DNA of 51,405 bases from NCBI GenBank assembly GCA_022781505.1, contig JALETK010000103.1:1-51405 (forward strand), given 5' to 3'. Position 1 is the first letter of the stretch. Each line of letters begins with the position of its first letter. The stretch comes from Clostridiales bacterium. Its GTDB lineage: Bacteria; Bacillota; Clostridia; Oscillospirales; Oscillospiraceae. The translations under genes were made by a program, and so were the position numbers. Below, in pieces: positions 17,965 to 27,283 of the stretch. The notes beneath the pieces are model-generated. The model saw nothing but the letters and a program-made list of their open reading frames with translations, was not told the DNA's origin and made no database searches.

Positions 17965-20226
17965 ATGGATAACTACATAGGTCGATTGCTGGACAACCGG
18001 TATGAAATCCTGGACGTTCTGGGCACCGGCGGAATGGCCGTGGTGTATAAGGCCCGGTGCCACCGTCTGAACCGGTTGGTGGCCATTAAGATTTTGAAGG
18101 ATGATTACTCTCAGGACGCGGAGTTCCGCCGCCGCTTCCACGCGGAGTCCCAGGCCGTCGCCATGCTGAACCATCCCAACATCGTCAGCGTGTACGACGT
18201 GTCCACCGACGGGGACGCGGACTACATTGTGATGGAGCTGGTGGACGGCATCACCCTGAAGCAGTATATGGAGCGCCGGGGGGGCTACCTCAACTGGAAG
18301 GAGTCCCTGCACTTTGCCATGCAGATTGCAAAGGCCCTGGAGCACGCCCACAACCAGGGCATCGTCCACCGGGACATCAAGCCCCACAACGTGATGATTC
18401 TGAAAAACGGCACCGCCAAGGTGACGGATTTCGGCATTGCCCGGATGATGTCCTCCCAGAGCACCCTCACGAAAGAGGCCCTGGGCTCCGTCCACTACAT
18501 CTCCCCGGAGCAGGCCAAGGGGGGCCGGGTGGACAGCCGTTCGGATCTCTACTCCCTGGGCGTGGTCATGTATGAGATGCTCACGGGCCGTCCTCCCTAC
18601 GACGGGGAGTCCCCGGTGGCCGTGGCGCTGAAGCACATCAACGGGGGAGCCACGCCCCCCAGCGTTCTCAATCCCAACATCCCCGGTGGCCTGGAGCAGA
18701 TTATCATGAAGGCCATGGCGGTGGACCCCGCCCAGCGGTACGCCTCCGCCACGGAGATGCTCTACGATATGGAGGAGTTCCGGAAGAATCCCAACATCCT
18801 GTTCTCCTACAATGCGGCCCCGGTGCCGCCGTCCCAGCCGGTTCCGCCGGTGCGCCGTCCCGCACCGCCCCGGAGCACGGCGGAGCGGGTGGCCGGTGGC
18901 AGGCCCGACGCCCCCCGGCCCAGACCGGAGCCGGCGCCCCGCCCCCGTCCCCGGCCGGAGCCCTATGAGGAGGAAGAGCCGGAGGGCCGGAGCAAGGGCC
19001 TCACCATTGCCATCGCCGTCTGCGGCGTTCTGGTGGTGGCGGCCATTGTGGTTCTGATTCTGGTGCTGAACGGTGGCGGCGGCAGCAAGGCCATGGTGCA
19101 GGTGCCCAACTTTGTGGGCCAGGTTTACAACGACATCGACCAGACCCGCTACCCCAACCTGGTTCTGAAGGACGGGGAGTACAAGTATGACGATACCTTC
19201 GCCGCCGGTGAGATCATCTCCCAGGACCCCGAGGCCTACAAGCAGGTGGAGGAGGGCGCCACCGTGCGGTTTGTGATCAGCAACGGCCCCCAGACCGGCA
19301 AGATGCTGGACCTTGTGAACCGGACGGAGGCGCAGGCCCGGGAGACCCTGAACGGCCTGGAGGATCTGCGCCTGACGGTGATCATCGAGCGGGAGAGCAG
19401 CGCCGACATTGAGGCCGGACGGGTGACCCGGACCGACCCGGCGGCGGATGCCACCCTGAGCGTGGGCCAGACCGTGACCCTGTGGATCAGCGACGGCCCC
19501 GTGACCATGAACATGGTAGGTGGCCTTGCAGGCATGACCCAGGCGGAGGCGGAGGCCAGCCTGCGCCGGAGAATGGCCGACCTGAACCTGAACATCCAGG
19601 TGAAGGAGGAGGCCAGCGAAGAGGTGGAGAAGGGCCTTGTGATCCGCACGGACCCTGCCGAGGGCGAGAGCGTCCAGGAGGGCCAGACTGTGATTCTCTA
19701 CGTCAGCTCCGGCAGCGCCATCGCCAAGACCACGGTGCCGGACGTCCTGGGTATGGACATTACAAAGGCCGCCAGCCTTTTGGTGGACAAGAAGCTGAAG
19801 TATGATTACGACCGGGTGGAGAGCGACCGCCCCAAGGACGAGGTGCTCACCCAGTCCATCGACAAGGGAACGGAGGTACCCGAGGGCACCGTGGTAAAGC
19901 TTACGGTCTCCAAGGGCCCCGCCGAGACCGAACCCACCACCCAGCCCCCCACCACCCAGCCGGAGGAGACCTCCAAGACCATCACCCTGGTGCTCCCCTC
20001 CGATATCACCGTGAGCTACCGGATTCAGGTGTACAAGGACGGCGCCCCCTGCGTGGATGAGCTGGTGGTGGAGCCTGGCACCACGGAGATTCGGGTCAGC
20101 CTCTCGGGCACCGGTGCCACCTACTTTGACTTCTATGTAAACCGGAGCTATTCCGACAGCTTCAAGGTGAACTTCGACAGCACCGAAGGGGAGCGGATTG
20201 TTCTGGATTTCTCGGTGAGTGAATGA
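17965..20226 (+). CDS. prkC: PASTA-domain Ser/Thr kinase (PrkC/PknB/Stk1)
   Basis: GTGGMAVV, VAIK, HRDIKPHN, DFG, SPEQ; Pro-rich linker, TM helix and about 4 PASTA repeats. Confidence 0.95.
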   Translation: MDNYIGRLLDNRYEILDVLGTGGMAVVYKARCHRLNRLVAIKILKDDYSQDAEFRRRFHAESQAVAMLNHPNIVSVYDVSTDGDADYIVMELVDGITLKQYMERRGGYLNWKESLHFAMQIAKALEHAHNQGIVHRDIKPHNVMILKNGTAKVTDFGIARMMSSQSTLTKEALGSVHYISPEQAKGGRVDSRSDLYSLGVVMYEMLTGRPPYDGESPVAVALKHINGGATPPSVLNPNIPGGLEQIIMKAMAVDPAQRYASATEMLYDMEEFRKNPNILFSYNAAPVPPSQPVPPVRRPAPPRSTAERVAGGRPDAPRPRPEPAPRPRPRPEPYEEEEPEGRSKGLTIAIAVCGVLVVAAIVVLILVLNGGGGSKAMVQVPNFVGQVYNDIDQTRYPNLVLKDGEYKYDDTFAAGEIISQDPEAYKQVEEGATVRFVISNGPQTGKMLDLVNRTEAQARETLNGLEDLRLTVIIERESSADIEAGRVTRTDPAADATLSVGQTVTLWISDGPVTMNMVGGLAGMTQAEAEASLRRRMADLNLNIQVKEEASEEVEKGLVIRTDPAEGESVQEGQTVILYVSSGSAIAKTTVPDVLGMDITKAASLLVDKKLKYDYDRVESDRPKDEVLTQSIDKGTEVPEGTVVKLTVSKGPAETEPTTQPPTTQPEETSKTITLVLPSDITVSYRIQVYKDGAPCVDELVVEPGTTEIRVSLSGTGATYFDFYVNRSYSDSFKVNFDSTEGERIVLDFSVSE

Positions 20227-21098
20227 TTGGACGAATTGTACGCTCTCTGAGCGGATTTTACGAGGTGCAGACGGAGCAGGGCCCCGTCACCTGCAAGGCC
20301 CGGGGCCACTTCCGGAAGGAGGGGATCACCCCCCTCACGGGAGACCTGGCGGAGATCACCGCCACGGGCCGGAAGGGTATGCTGGAGAGAATTCTCCCCC
20401 GGAAAAACAGCTTTGTTCGCCCCGCCGTGGCCAATCTGGATGGACTCGTGATCTTTGCCGCCAATGTGAACCCGGTGACGGAGCCCTTCCTCATTGACCG
20501 GGTGGCGGCCATCGCGGGAAACCAGGAGGTTCCCGTGATCCTCTGCGTCAACAAGACCGACCTGGACCCTGCCAGGGCCCTGGTGGAGATTTACCAAAGG
20601 GCCGGATTCCCGGTGATCGCCACCAGCGCCCAGACCGGGGAGGGGGTGGAGGAGCTGCGCCGGGCCATCTCCGGCAAGCTCACTGCCTTTACGGGGAACT
20701 CCGGCGTGGGGAAAAGCAGCATTCTGAACCGGCTCCTGCCGGAGCTGAACCTTCTGACCGGGGAGGTCTCCGACAAGCTGGGCCGTGGCCGCCACACCAC
20801 CCGCCATGTGGAGCTTTACGCCCTGGGCAATGACACCTATGTGGCCGACACCCCGGGCTTTTCCTCCTTCGACACGGACAAGATGGAGGTCATCCTGAAG
20901 GAAAATCTCCAGTTCGCCTTCCCGGACTTCGCCCCCTACATCGGCAAGTGCCGCTTCCACGACTGCGCCCACCTGAAAGAGCCGGGCTGCGCCGTGACAG
21001 AGGCCCTGGCCCGGGGAGAAATCCAAAAGAGCCGGTACGACAGCTACGTCCGGCTTTATGAGAAAGCCAGGGAAATCAAAACCTGGGAGCTGGAATAA
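20223..21098 (+). CDS. rsgA: Ribosome small subunit-dependent GTPase
   Basis: Circularly permuted GTPase motifs NKTD, GNSGVGKS, GRHTT, DTPGF, plus the CRFHDCAH...C zinc site. Confidence 0.96.
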   Translation: MIGRIVRSLSGFYEVQTEQGPVTCKARGHFRKEGITPLTGDLAEITATGRKGMLERILPRKNSFVRPAVANLDGLVIFAANVNPVTEPFLIDRVAAIAGNQEVPVILCVNKTDLDPARALVEIYQRAGFPVIATSAQTGEGVEELRRAISGKLTAFTGNSGVGKSSILNRLLPELNLLTGEVSDKLGRGRHTTRHVELYALGNDTYVADTPGFSSFDTDKMEVILKENLQFAFPDFAPYIGKCRFHDCAHLKEPGCAVTEALARGEIQKSRYDSYVRLYEKAREIKTWELE

Positions 21099-21110
21099 AC
21101 CAAAACCGAA

Positions 21111-21163
21111 GCACCCCCGGCATGTTATTTGCTTCCTGCTATGCAATGACATGCCGGGGGTGC
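21111..21163. terminator. Long hairpin after rsgA (terminator or palindromic repeat)
   Basis: gcacccccggcatgt...acatgccgggggtgc; no strong U-tract. Confidence 0.5.
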
Positions 21164-21201
21164 TGCGCATGGTGCAAAAAACCGGGCCATGAAAAACGGG
21201 A

Positions 21202-21229
21202 TTGCATTTGTCTGGATTTCCGGTATAAT
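21202..21229 (+). promoter_or_regulatory. SigA promoter upstream of the structured element and small membrane protein
   Basis: TTGCAT (21202-21207), 16 bp, TATAAT (21224-21229). Confidence 0.6.
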
Positions 21230-21242
21230 AAAAGAAAAGCAA

Positions 21243-21394
21243 CTGTTCAGCAGCTCCCTGCCCGGCGGTCAAAAGCAGACACCCGCTTTTGTAACCGTAA
21301 TCAACACCCCTGGTCAAGACCGTTCCCTACGGCACATCCGGGTCAATGACCGAACCATCTTCCGGGGCTTCCCTGAATGGAGGCTACTGAACAG
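21243..21394 (+). ncRNA. Candidate structured ncRNA or 5' leader of about 150 nt (strand not certain)
   Basis: Nested stems ctgttcag.agc.tcc/gga.gct.ctgaacag, cccgg/ccggg and cggtca/tgaccg enclose small hairpins. It starts about 14 nt after the -10 box. Confidence 0.45.
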
Positions 21395-21442
21395 ATACAA
21401 AGAAAAAAGCCACAGGCCCGGGGCCTTGTGGGGGAGGGTACT

Positions 21443-21703
21443 ATGGACAAGGAACAGCCGCGGGTGAAGAACCCCACGGGAATGCTGACCATGCATGGGC
21501 TGGTGATTGCCATTGTGGTCTATATGTTCTGGCAGATTCTGAAGAACTATCTGGCCGGTGGGCCGGATGCGCCCAGCCTGGCGCTGGTGATTGGGGCCGG
21601 GGTGGTGCTTCTGGGGGGCTGTGTGGTAATCGGCTATATGGCCATCCGGCTCTACCGCCAGTCCAAGAGGCAGGCGGAGGAAGACCGGCAGGAAAAGGAA
21701 TAA
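21443..21703 (+). CDS. Small hypothetical membrane protein (86 aa, 2 TM helices)
   Basis: GGAGGG RBS before the ATG at 21443; two hydrophobic segments and a charged C-terminal tail. Confidence 0.75.
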   Translation: MDKEQPRVKNPTGMLTMHGLVIAIVVYMFWQILKNYLAGGPDAPSLALVIGAGVVLLGGCVVIGYMAIRLYRQSKRQAEEDRQEKE

Positions 21704-21706
21704 AAG

Positions 21707-21764
21707 AAGGGCTTCCGAGCCCGTCATTGCCAGGGGCGATGACGGAGACGGAAGCCTTTCTTTT
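21707..21764. terminator. Bidirectional terminator between the small membrane gene and the mgl operon
   Basis: aagggcttccg...ccgtcattgcc/ggcgatgacgg...cggaagcctttctttt. Confidence 0.65.
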
Positions 21765-21783
21765 CTGGGGCGAACGGTAAGGA

Positions 21784-22872
21784 TTACTTCTTGACCAGAT
21801 ATTTCCGCATATCCAGGGCGCAGGCGACCAGGATGATGCCGCCCTTGATGAGGTACTGCAGGTCGGGGCTGATGCCCAGCATGGTGAGGGCCACGAAGAT
21901 GATTCGCAGGATGAACACGCCCAGGACGATGCCGCTGATCTTACCGGTGCCGCCTACGAAGGAGACGCCGCCGATGACACAGGCTGCGATGGCGTCGCAT
22001 TCGTAGTTGAGGCCGGTGCCCTGGGTGACGGAGCCAACCCGGGGGCCTTCCAGGAAGCCGGCCAGGCCGTACATGATACCGGCCAGGGTGTGAACCATGA
22101 CGGTGGTCTTGAACACGTTGACGCCGGAGACGTTGGCGGCCTCGGCGTTGGAGCCCACGGCAAACATGTTCTTGCCGAAGGTGGTCTTGTTCCAGATGAA
22201 CCACATGATGACTGTGAAGATCACAGCATAGAGCACATACCAGGGAAGGCTGGTGGTCTTGTTGATGGAGATCATCTTACCGGTGACAAAGTTGGTGTAC
22301 CCGGAGGACAGGCCGGACAGGGGCTGGCCGTTGTTGCCGTTGAGGGTGAAGAACATGAGGATGAGACCGTAGTTGATCAGCTGGGTGGCCAGGGTGACGA
22401 TGAAGGGATGGAGCTTGAACTTGGCCACGAAGAAGCCGTTCACAAAGCCGATGATGCCGCCCACCAGGATTACGGCGGCGATGGCCAGGAGGATTCCCTG
22501 CCAGGCGGGCAGGGCGGGGAAGCCGGACAGGAGCCGGCGGGCGGAGTCGGCGTTCTGCAGGAGGGCGGCGGACACGGCGGCGGACAGACCCACCACACGG
22601 CCCGCGGACAGGTCTGTACCGGTGAGGACGATACAGCCGCCGATGCCCAGCGCCAGGGGCAGGTAAGCGGCCACCTGGGAGATGATGTTGGCAATGGAGC
22701 CCAGCTTCAGGAAGTTTTCGTTGACAATAGCGGTGTAGACGATGAAAATCGCCATGAGGATGTACAGTGCGTTGTTCAGAAGGCCGTCCACCCAAAAGCG
22801 GCGCTTGTCCTTTGCGTCCTTGGTTTTGTAATCCGCAACGGTTCTCTGGATGGAAGTCACAGGATTGGTCAT
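21784..22872 (-). CDS. mglC: Galactose/methyl-galactoside-type ABC transporter permease
   Basis: GTDLSAG, PFIVTL, FGKNMFAVGSN, DAIAACVIGGVSFVGGTG, DMRKY. Confidence 0.88.
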   Translation of the reverse strand: MTNPVTSIQRTVADYKTKDAKDKRRFWVDGLLNNALYILMAIFIVYTAIVNENFLKLGSIANIISQVAAYLPLALGIGGCIVLTGTDLSAGRVVGLSAAVSAALLQNADSARRLLSGFPALPAWQGILLAIAAVILVGGIIGFVNGFFVAKFKLHPFIVTLATQLINYGLILMFFTLNGNNGQPLSGLSSGYTNFVTGKMISINKTTSLPWYVLYAVIFTVIMWFIWNKTTFGKNMFAVGSNAEAANVSGVNVFKTTVMVHTLAGIMYGLAGFLEGPRVGSVTQGTGLNYECDAIAACVIGGVSFVGGTGKISGIVLGVFILRIIFVALTMLGISPDLQYLIKGGIILVACALDMRKYLVKK

Positions 22873-22885
22873 AGCTTGGAACCTC

Positions 22886-24382
22886 CTATACGTATTTCGC
22901 GGCTAAGTGCATGATTTCTTCCTGGGTGGTGGTGCGGGCATCCACCTCGCCGGCCAGGCGGCCGCCGGACATAACCAGAATCCGGTCACACACGCCCAAC
23001 AGCTCCGGCATTTCCGAGGAGACCATGAGGACGGTCTTCCCCTGGTTGGCAAGATCCAGGATCAACTGATAGATTTCGTATTTGGCGCCCACGTCAATGC
23101 CCCGGGTGGGCTCGTCCAGGAGCAGCACCTCAGGGTCCGTGAGCAGCCAGCGGCCCAGGATGACCTTCTGCTGGTTGCCACCGGAGAGGCTGCGGATTTT
23201 CGTGTCCTGGGTGGGGGTCTTGGTGCGCATGGCGTCAATGGACCACTGGGTATCCGCCCGCATGGAGCCCTCGCTCAGGTAAATGCCGGCCTTCCGGTGC
23301 TTTTTCAGGCTGGAGATCACGGTGTTCTCCCGGATGTTCAGAATGGAGAAAATACCCGTGGCCCGGCGCTCCTCGGTGAGCAGGGCAAAGCCGTTGCGGA
23401 TGGACTCTCGGGCGTTGCGGTTGAGGCAGCGCTTCCCACTCAGGGTGATGAGGCCCTCCTTCCGGGTCTGGACGCCAAAGATGCTCTCCAGGGTCTCCGT
23501 CCGGCCACTGCTGTCCAGACCGGCCAGGCCCAGAATCTCGCCCCGCCGCGCCTCAAAGGACACGTCCTTCAGCTGATTGTACATTCCGGTGAGGTGCTCC
23601 ACCTTTAAGTACACATCGCCTGGCTTGTTGGTCTTGGGAGGGAACTGGTTGGTCAGCTCCCGGCCTACCATCAGGCGAATGATATCATTCACTTCCAGCT
23701 CGGCGGCGGGCCGGGTGGCGATCCACTGGCCGTCGCGCATGATGGTGATTTCGTCGGAGATGCGTTTGATTTCTGCCATTTTGTGGGAGATGTAAATGAT
23801 TCCCACGCCCCGGTCCCGGAGCATATGGATGATGCGGAACAGGTGCTCCACTTCCTCCTCGTTCAAAGAGGAGGTGGGCTCGTCAAAGACAATGACCTTG
23901 GAATTGTAGGAGACGGCCTTGGCGATTTCCACCATCTGGCGCTGGGAGACGGGCATGGTGCTCATGATCCGGTGGGGATCCACGTTGATGCCCAGCTCCT
24001 GAAAAACCGCCATGGTGTCTTTGTACATTTTCCGCTCGTTGACGATGCCGCCCACGGTGGGATAGCGGCCCAGCCAGATGTTGTCCATGACGGAGCGCTT
24101 CAGAGCCTGGTTCAGCTCCTGGTGCACCATGGCAACTCCGTTGTCCAGGGCGTCCCGGCTGTTTTTGAAGTTGACCTCCTTGCCCTCCAGGAGAATCGTG
24201 CCGCTGTCCTTGCTGTAAATACCGAAGAGACATTTCATCAGCGTGGATTTTCCGGCTCCGTTTTCGCCCATGAGGGCGTGAACCGTGCCGCGGTGGACCG
24301 TGAGAGAGACCTTGTCCAGGGCCTTGACGCCCGGGAAGGTTTTTGTAATGTCTGTCATTTGTAACAAGACATGCTGCTCCAT
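22886..24382 (-). CDS. mglA: Sugar ABC transporter ATP-binding protein (double ABC domain)
   Basis: [36 protein letters not shown]. Confidence 0.9.
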   Translation of the reverse strand: MEQHVLLQMTDITKTFPGVKALDKVSLTVHRGTVHALMGENGAGKSTLMKCLFGIYSKDSGTILLEGKEVNFKNSRDALDNGVAMVHQELNQALKRSVMDNIWLGRYPTVGGIVNERKMYKDTMAVFQELGINVDPHRIMSTMPVSQRQMVEIAKAVSYNSKVIVFDEPTSSLNEEEVEHLFRIIHMLRDRGVGIIYISHKMAEIKRISDEITIMRDGQWIATRPAAELEVNDIIRLMVGRELTNQFPPKTNKPGDVYLKVEHLTGMYNQLKDVSFEARRGEILGLAGLDSSGRTETLESIFGVQTRKEGLITLSGKRCLNRNARESIRNGFALLTEERRATGIFSILNIRENTVISSLKKHRKAGIYLSEGSMRADTQWSIDAMRTKTPTQDTKIRSLSGGNQQKVILGRWLLTDPEVLLLDEPTRGIDVGAKYEIYQLILDLANQGKTVLMVSSEMPELLGVCDRILVMSGGRLAGEVDARTTTQEEIMHLAAKYV

Positions 24383-24456
24383 ATCGAACTGTCCTCCTTT
24401 ACTGGAAAGGGGGAAGCTGCCCAGGGGCAGCTTCCCCGCAAAGCGATGCTGGAATA

Positions 24457-25602
24457 TCAGGCGGTGAAGGGAGCGTAAGCAACGTACAGCTTATTGGCAA
24501 TGCCCTCGGCGATGGAGTAGATGTCGCCGGTTGCAGCAGCGGCGGCAATGGCGTCGGTGACGGTCTTGCCCTCGCCGATGGCCTTGGCGGTGGCGGTGAT
24601 GGCAGCGGCCATGCCCTCGGCGTCCTGCTTCACGGTGCCGGTCATCTTACCGGCGGCGATCAGCTCCTGAGCGGCCTCAGTGGCGTCCACGCCGAACACG
24701 GGGATGGTGGTGGAGGAACCGTCGCCCAGGTTGTAGCCGGCGGTGTTCAGGGCGGCGATGGCGCCCTCAGCCATGTTGTCGTTGTTGCAGATGATCAGCT
24801 CGATCATGTTGCCGTTGGACTCGTTGTAGGAGGCCAGGTTGGTGTTCATGTAGTCGGAAGCGGCCTGAGCGGACCAGTTACCGGCCTGGTCCACCTGGTA
24901 CTTGGCGGCGTTGTTGGCGTCGAAGTAGGACAGGGCGGGCTTGCCGGCGGCGGTCAGCAGAGCGTCGGCGTCCTCCACGCCATACTGGGTGCGGTAGATG
25001 GCCTCCACGTTGGCCTCGTCGCCCTTGAACAGAGCGTAGGAGATCACGCCGTCGCCGTTCAGGTCGATGGCGTCATAGTTGTCCAGAACGTACTGGCCAA
25101 CCATCTGGCCCTGGAGGTGACCGGCCTCGGGAGCGTCGGTGCCCACGAAGCAGATGTTGTCGTAAGCGCCCAGGACGGTGCCTTCCTCGCCGTCGCCTTC
25201 CACGGCGCGGTTGAAGAAGATCACGGGGATGTCACCGGCGATGTCCATGATGGCCTTGGCGGCATCGGCGGAGCCGGAGGTGCACAGGTTCACGATCAGG
25301 AGGTTGCAGCCGTTGGTGACGGCGGTTCTCACATAGTCGTTCTGGGTGGCCTGGGTATTGTTGCAGTCGTAGTTGGTGTAGGAGATGCCGGCGGCGGTGA
25401 GCTGGGCATCCAGAGCGGTGCGGACGCTGGAGATGTAGGTGTCGGCATAGGTGTAGTAGAACACACCCACGTTCAGGCTGCTGCCGGTGCTGTTACCGGC
25501 ATCGCTGCCGGGAGCGGTGGTGGTGTCGGAGCTGCCACCGCCACAGGCGGCCAGGGCCAGCACCATCACAAGGGACAGGAACAGTGCAAGAAACTTCTTC
25601 AT
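24457..25602 (-). CDS. mglB: Galactose/glucose-binding lipoprotein (MglB-like)
   Basis: Lipobox LAAC, PVIFFN, Ca-binding loop [30 protein letters not shown] stem-loop at 24410-24437 separates it from mglA. Confidence 0.85.
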   Translation of the reverse strand: MKKFLALFLSLVMVLALAACGGGSSDTTTAPGSDAGNSTGSSLNVGVFYYTYADTYISSVRTALDAQLTAAGISYTNYDCNNTQATQNDYVRTAVTNGCNLLIVNLCTSGSADAAKAIMDIAGDIPVIFFNRAVEGDGEEGTVLGAYDNICFVGTDAPEAGHLQGQMVGQYVLDNYDAIDLNGDGVISYALFKGDEANVEAIYRTQYGVEDADALLTAAGKPALSYFDANNAAKYQVDQAGNWSAQAASDYMNTNLASYNESNGNMIELIICNNDNMAEGAIAALNTAGYNLGDGSSTTIPVFGVDATEAAQELIAAGKMTGTVKQDAEGMAAAITATAKAIGEGKTVTDAIAAAAATGDIYSIAEGIANKLYVAYAPFTA

Positions 25603-25659
25603 ATGATTTTCCTCCATTTTCTTATTTCCAGGAGAAACAGCTTTCCTCCTGATGCGACT

Positions 25660-25778
25660 ATTCTACCAAATTATTCCGAAAATGCAAGAGGAATCCTGTA
25701 GATTATGATCAGGAATGTTGTAAAAAATTTGTATCCGTCTAAAAAATGATGAAAGAAATTGTGCATATTGCACAATTT
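25660..25778 (-). promoter_or_regulatory. Promoter of the mgl operon and an upstream palindromic operator
   Basis: Minus strand TTGCAT (25687-25682), 16 bp, TAGAAT (25665-25660) with TG extension; palindrome aaattgtgca-tat-tgcacaattt at 25756-25778. Confidence 0.55.
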
Positions 25779-25796
25779 TCATCAGCGGGAATCCAT

Positions 25797-25834
25797 AAAA
25801 AATCCGGCAGAGCCAATTGCTCTGCCGGATTTTT
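25797..25834. terminator. Intrinsic terminator (A/T tails on both sides)
   Basis: aaaaaatccggcagagc-caatt-gctctgccggattttt. Confidence 0.8.
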
Positions 25835-25991
25835 ATTCAGGATTTTCCAATGCCTCCTCTGCGCTCCGCGCCTCCTCTTCCTGCTCCTCCGGAGAGGGAA
25901 AAGGCTTCAGCGCCGTGGGAAGCAGCTTCCCGGAAATGACCATTCCCGTGGGAATCAGCTCCGGGAACAGGGGGCGGTCAAAGCCCTCCAT
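25833..25991 (-). CDS. Small acidic-tailed hypothetical protein (52 aa; absent from the ORF track)
   Basis: MEGFDRPLFPELIPTGMVISGKLLPTALKPFPSPEEQEEEARSAEEALENPE*. It has an AGGTGAGG RBS, a SigF-like promoter upstream and a terminator directly after the stop. Confidence 0.65.
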   Translation of the reverse strand: MEGFDRPLFPELIPTGMVISGKLLPTALKPFPSPEEQEEEARSAEEALENPE

Positions 25992-26013
25992 ATGCCTCAC
26001 CTGCCTTCCCGGT

Positions 26014-26043
26014 CAGTTTTCCCCGGGGGAGGGAGGGTTATAC
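26014..26043 (-). promoter_or_regulatory. Forespore SigF-type promoter
   Basis: Minus strand GTATA (26043-26039), 15 bp, GGGAAAACTG (26023-26014); matches the GYATA-N15-GGnnAnAHTR consensus. Confidence 0.55.
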
Positions 26044-26053
26044 AGGGGGCTAC

Positions 26054-27250
26054 TCAGTCCTTGCAGGCCAGCAGGTCGTTGTAGAACTGCTGCAGCTCCT
26101 CCTTGGTGTCGAAGTTGGCCACATACATCTGGTTGGCCATGGCGCCGGAGAGGGCTTCGGGGATGCGGCCGAACATTTTCATGCTGGGGCCGTACTTTGC
26201 CATAATGGCGTTGTGATCCAGGACGAAGTTCTTCCCGTCCCGGCGGCCGCAGAAGGCGCAGTAGTGATGGGGCCGGTCCGAGGGGACGGTGCTCTTGTCA
26301 AAGGCCACCATGTCGGCCCAGATTTTGTACACGTCGGTCTCGGCGGAGAAGTCGAACAGATCCGGGGTATAGCCCCCGGCGGGGCGCATGTTGACCTCCA
26401 GGCCCAGGATGTCGCCCTTTTTGCCCAGACCCTCCTGGTCGGCGTTGAGGACGAAGAACTCCAGGTGGACAAAGCGGCTTTTCACATCAAAGGCCTTTAC
26501 CGTCCGCCGTCCATAGTCCCGCATCTCCGGAGACAGGTGCTTTACAATATAATAGATGGAATTGTCATTGTTGTTCACCACGTCCATCAGGGACTCGGGG
26601 GTGACGTTGCCGCTTTCAAACAGAGGCTCCCCCCGGGAGTCCACAATGGCGTCATAGGTGCGAACCTGACCGTTGACAAACTCCTCCATAATATAGATGT
26701 TGTCATCCTTTGTGGCAAAGAAGAACTGGAGCTCTTCGTCGTTTCGCAGGCGGTAGGTGTTGTTGGCGCCCACGCCGTTGTCCGGCTTCACAATGACGGG
26801 ATAGCCCACCTCGTGGGCAAAGGCCCGGGCTCCTTCGTAGTCGTCCACCAGGTGATACCGGGCGGTGGGAATGCCGGCCTTGGCATAGTAGGCCTTCATG
26901 GCGGATTTCAGCTTGATGCGGTCCATGTCCGACTCCTGGAAGCCGGTGGTGATGTGGAAGGCGGTGCGCAGGGCGGCGTCCCGCTCCAGCCAGTACTCGT
27001 TGTTGGACTCCAGCCAGTCGATTTTGCCGTACTTGTAGGTGAAGAAGGCCACGGCGCGGAATACCTCTTCATAGTTTTCCAGGCTGGACACCCGATAATA
27101 CTCGTGGAGGGATTCCCGGAGGCTCTGGGTCAGCTCTGTGTAGGGGCAGTCGCCGATGCCCAGCACCCGGAGGCCGTTGCGCTTCAGCTCGGCGCAGAAC
27201 TTCCAGTAGGTGATCGGGAAGTTGGGGGAGATAAAGACAAAGTTTTTCAT
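26054..27250 (-). CDS. ATP-grasp domain protein (carboxylate-amine ligase-like, substrate unknown)
   Basis: YPVIVKPDNGVGA, MEEFVNG, VHLEFF, LEVNMRPAGG ATP-grasp motifs. Confidence 0.88.
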   Translation of the reverse strand: MKNFVFISPNFPITYWKFCAELKRNGLRVLGIGDCPYTELTQSLRESLHEYYRVSSLENYEEVFRAVAFFTYKYGKIDWLESNNEYWLERDAALRTAFHITTGFQESDMDRIKLKSAMKAYYAKAGIPTARYHLVDDYEGARAFAHEVGYPVIVKPDNGVGANNTYRLRNDEELQFFFATKDDNIYIMEEFVNGQVRTYDAIVDSRGEPLFESGNVTPESLMDVVNNNDNSIYYIVKHLSPEMRDYGRRTVKAFDVKSRFVHLEFFVLNADQEGLGKKGDILGLEVNMRPAGGYTPDLFDFSAETDVYKIWADMVAFDKSTVPSDRPHHYCAFCGRRDGKNFVLDHNAIMAKYGPSMKMFGRIPEALSGAMANQMYVANFDTKEELQQFYNDLLACKD

Positions 27251-27283
27251 GGTGATTCCTCCTCTTTCTCTGTATAAAACGGT

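Noticed and set aside
18810-18990. Pro/Arg-rich repeats in PrkC, and the PTTQ repeat near 19930
   Set aside because: Ordinary low-complexity linkers of PASTA kinases.
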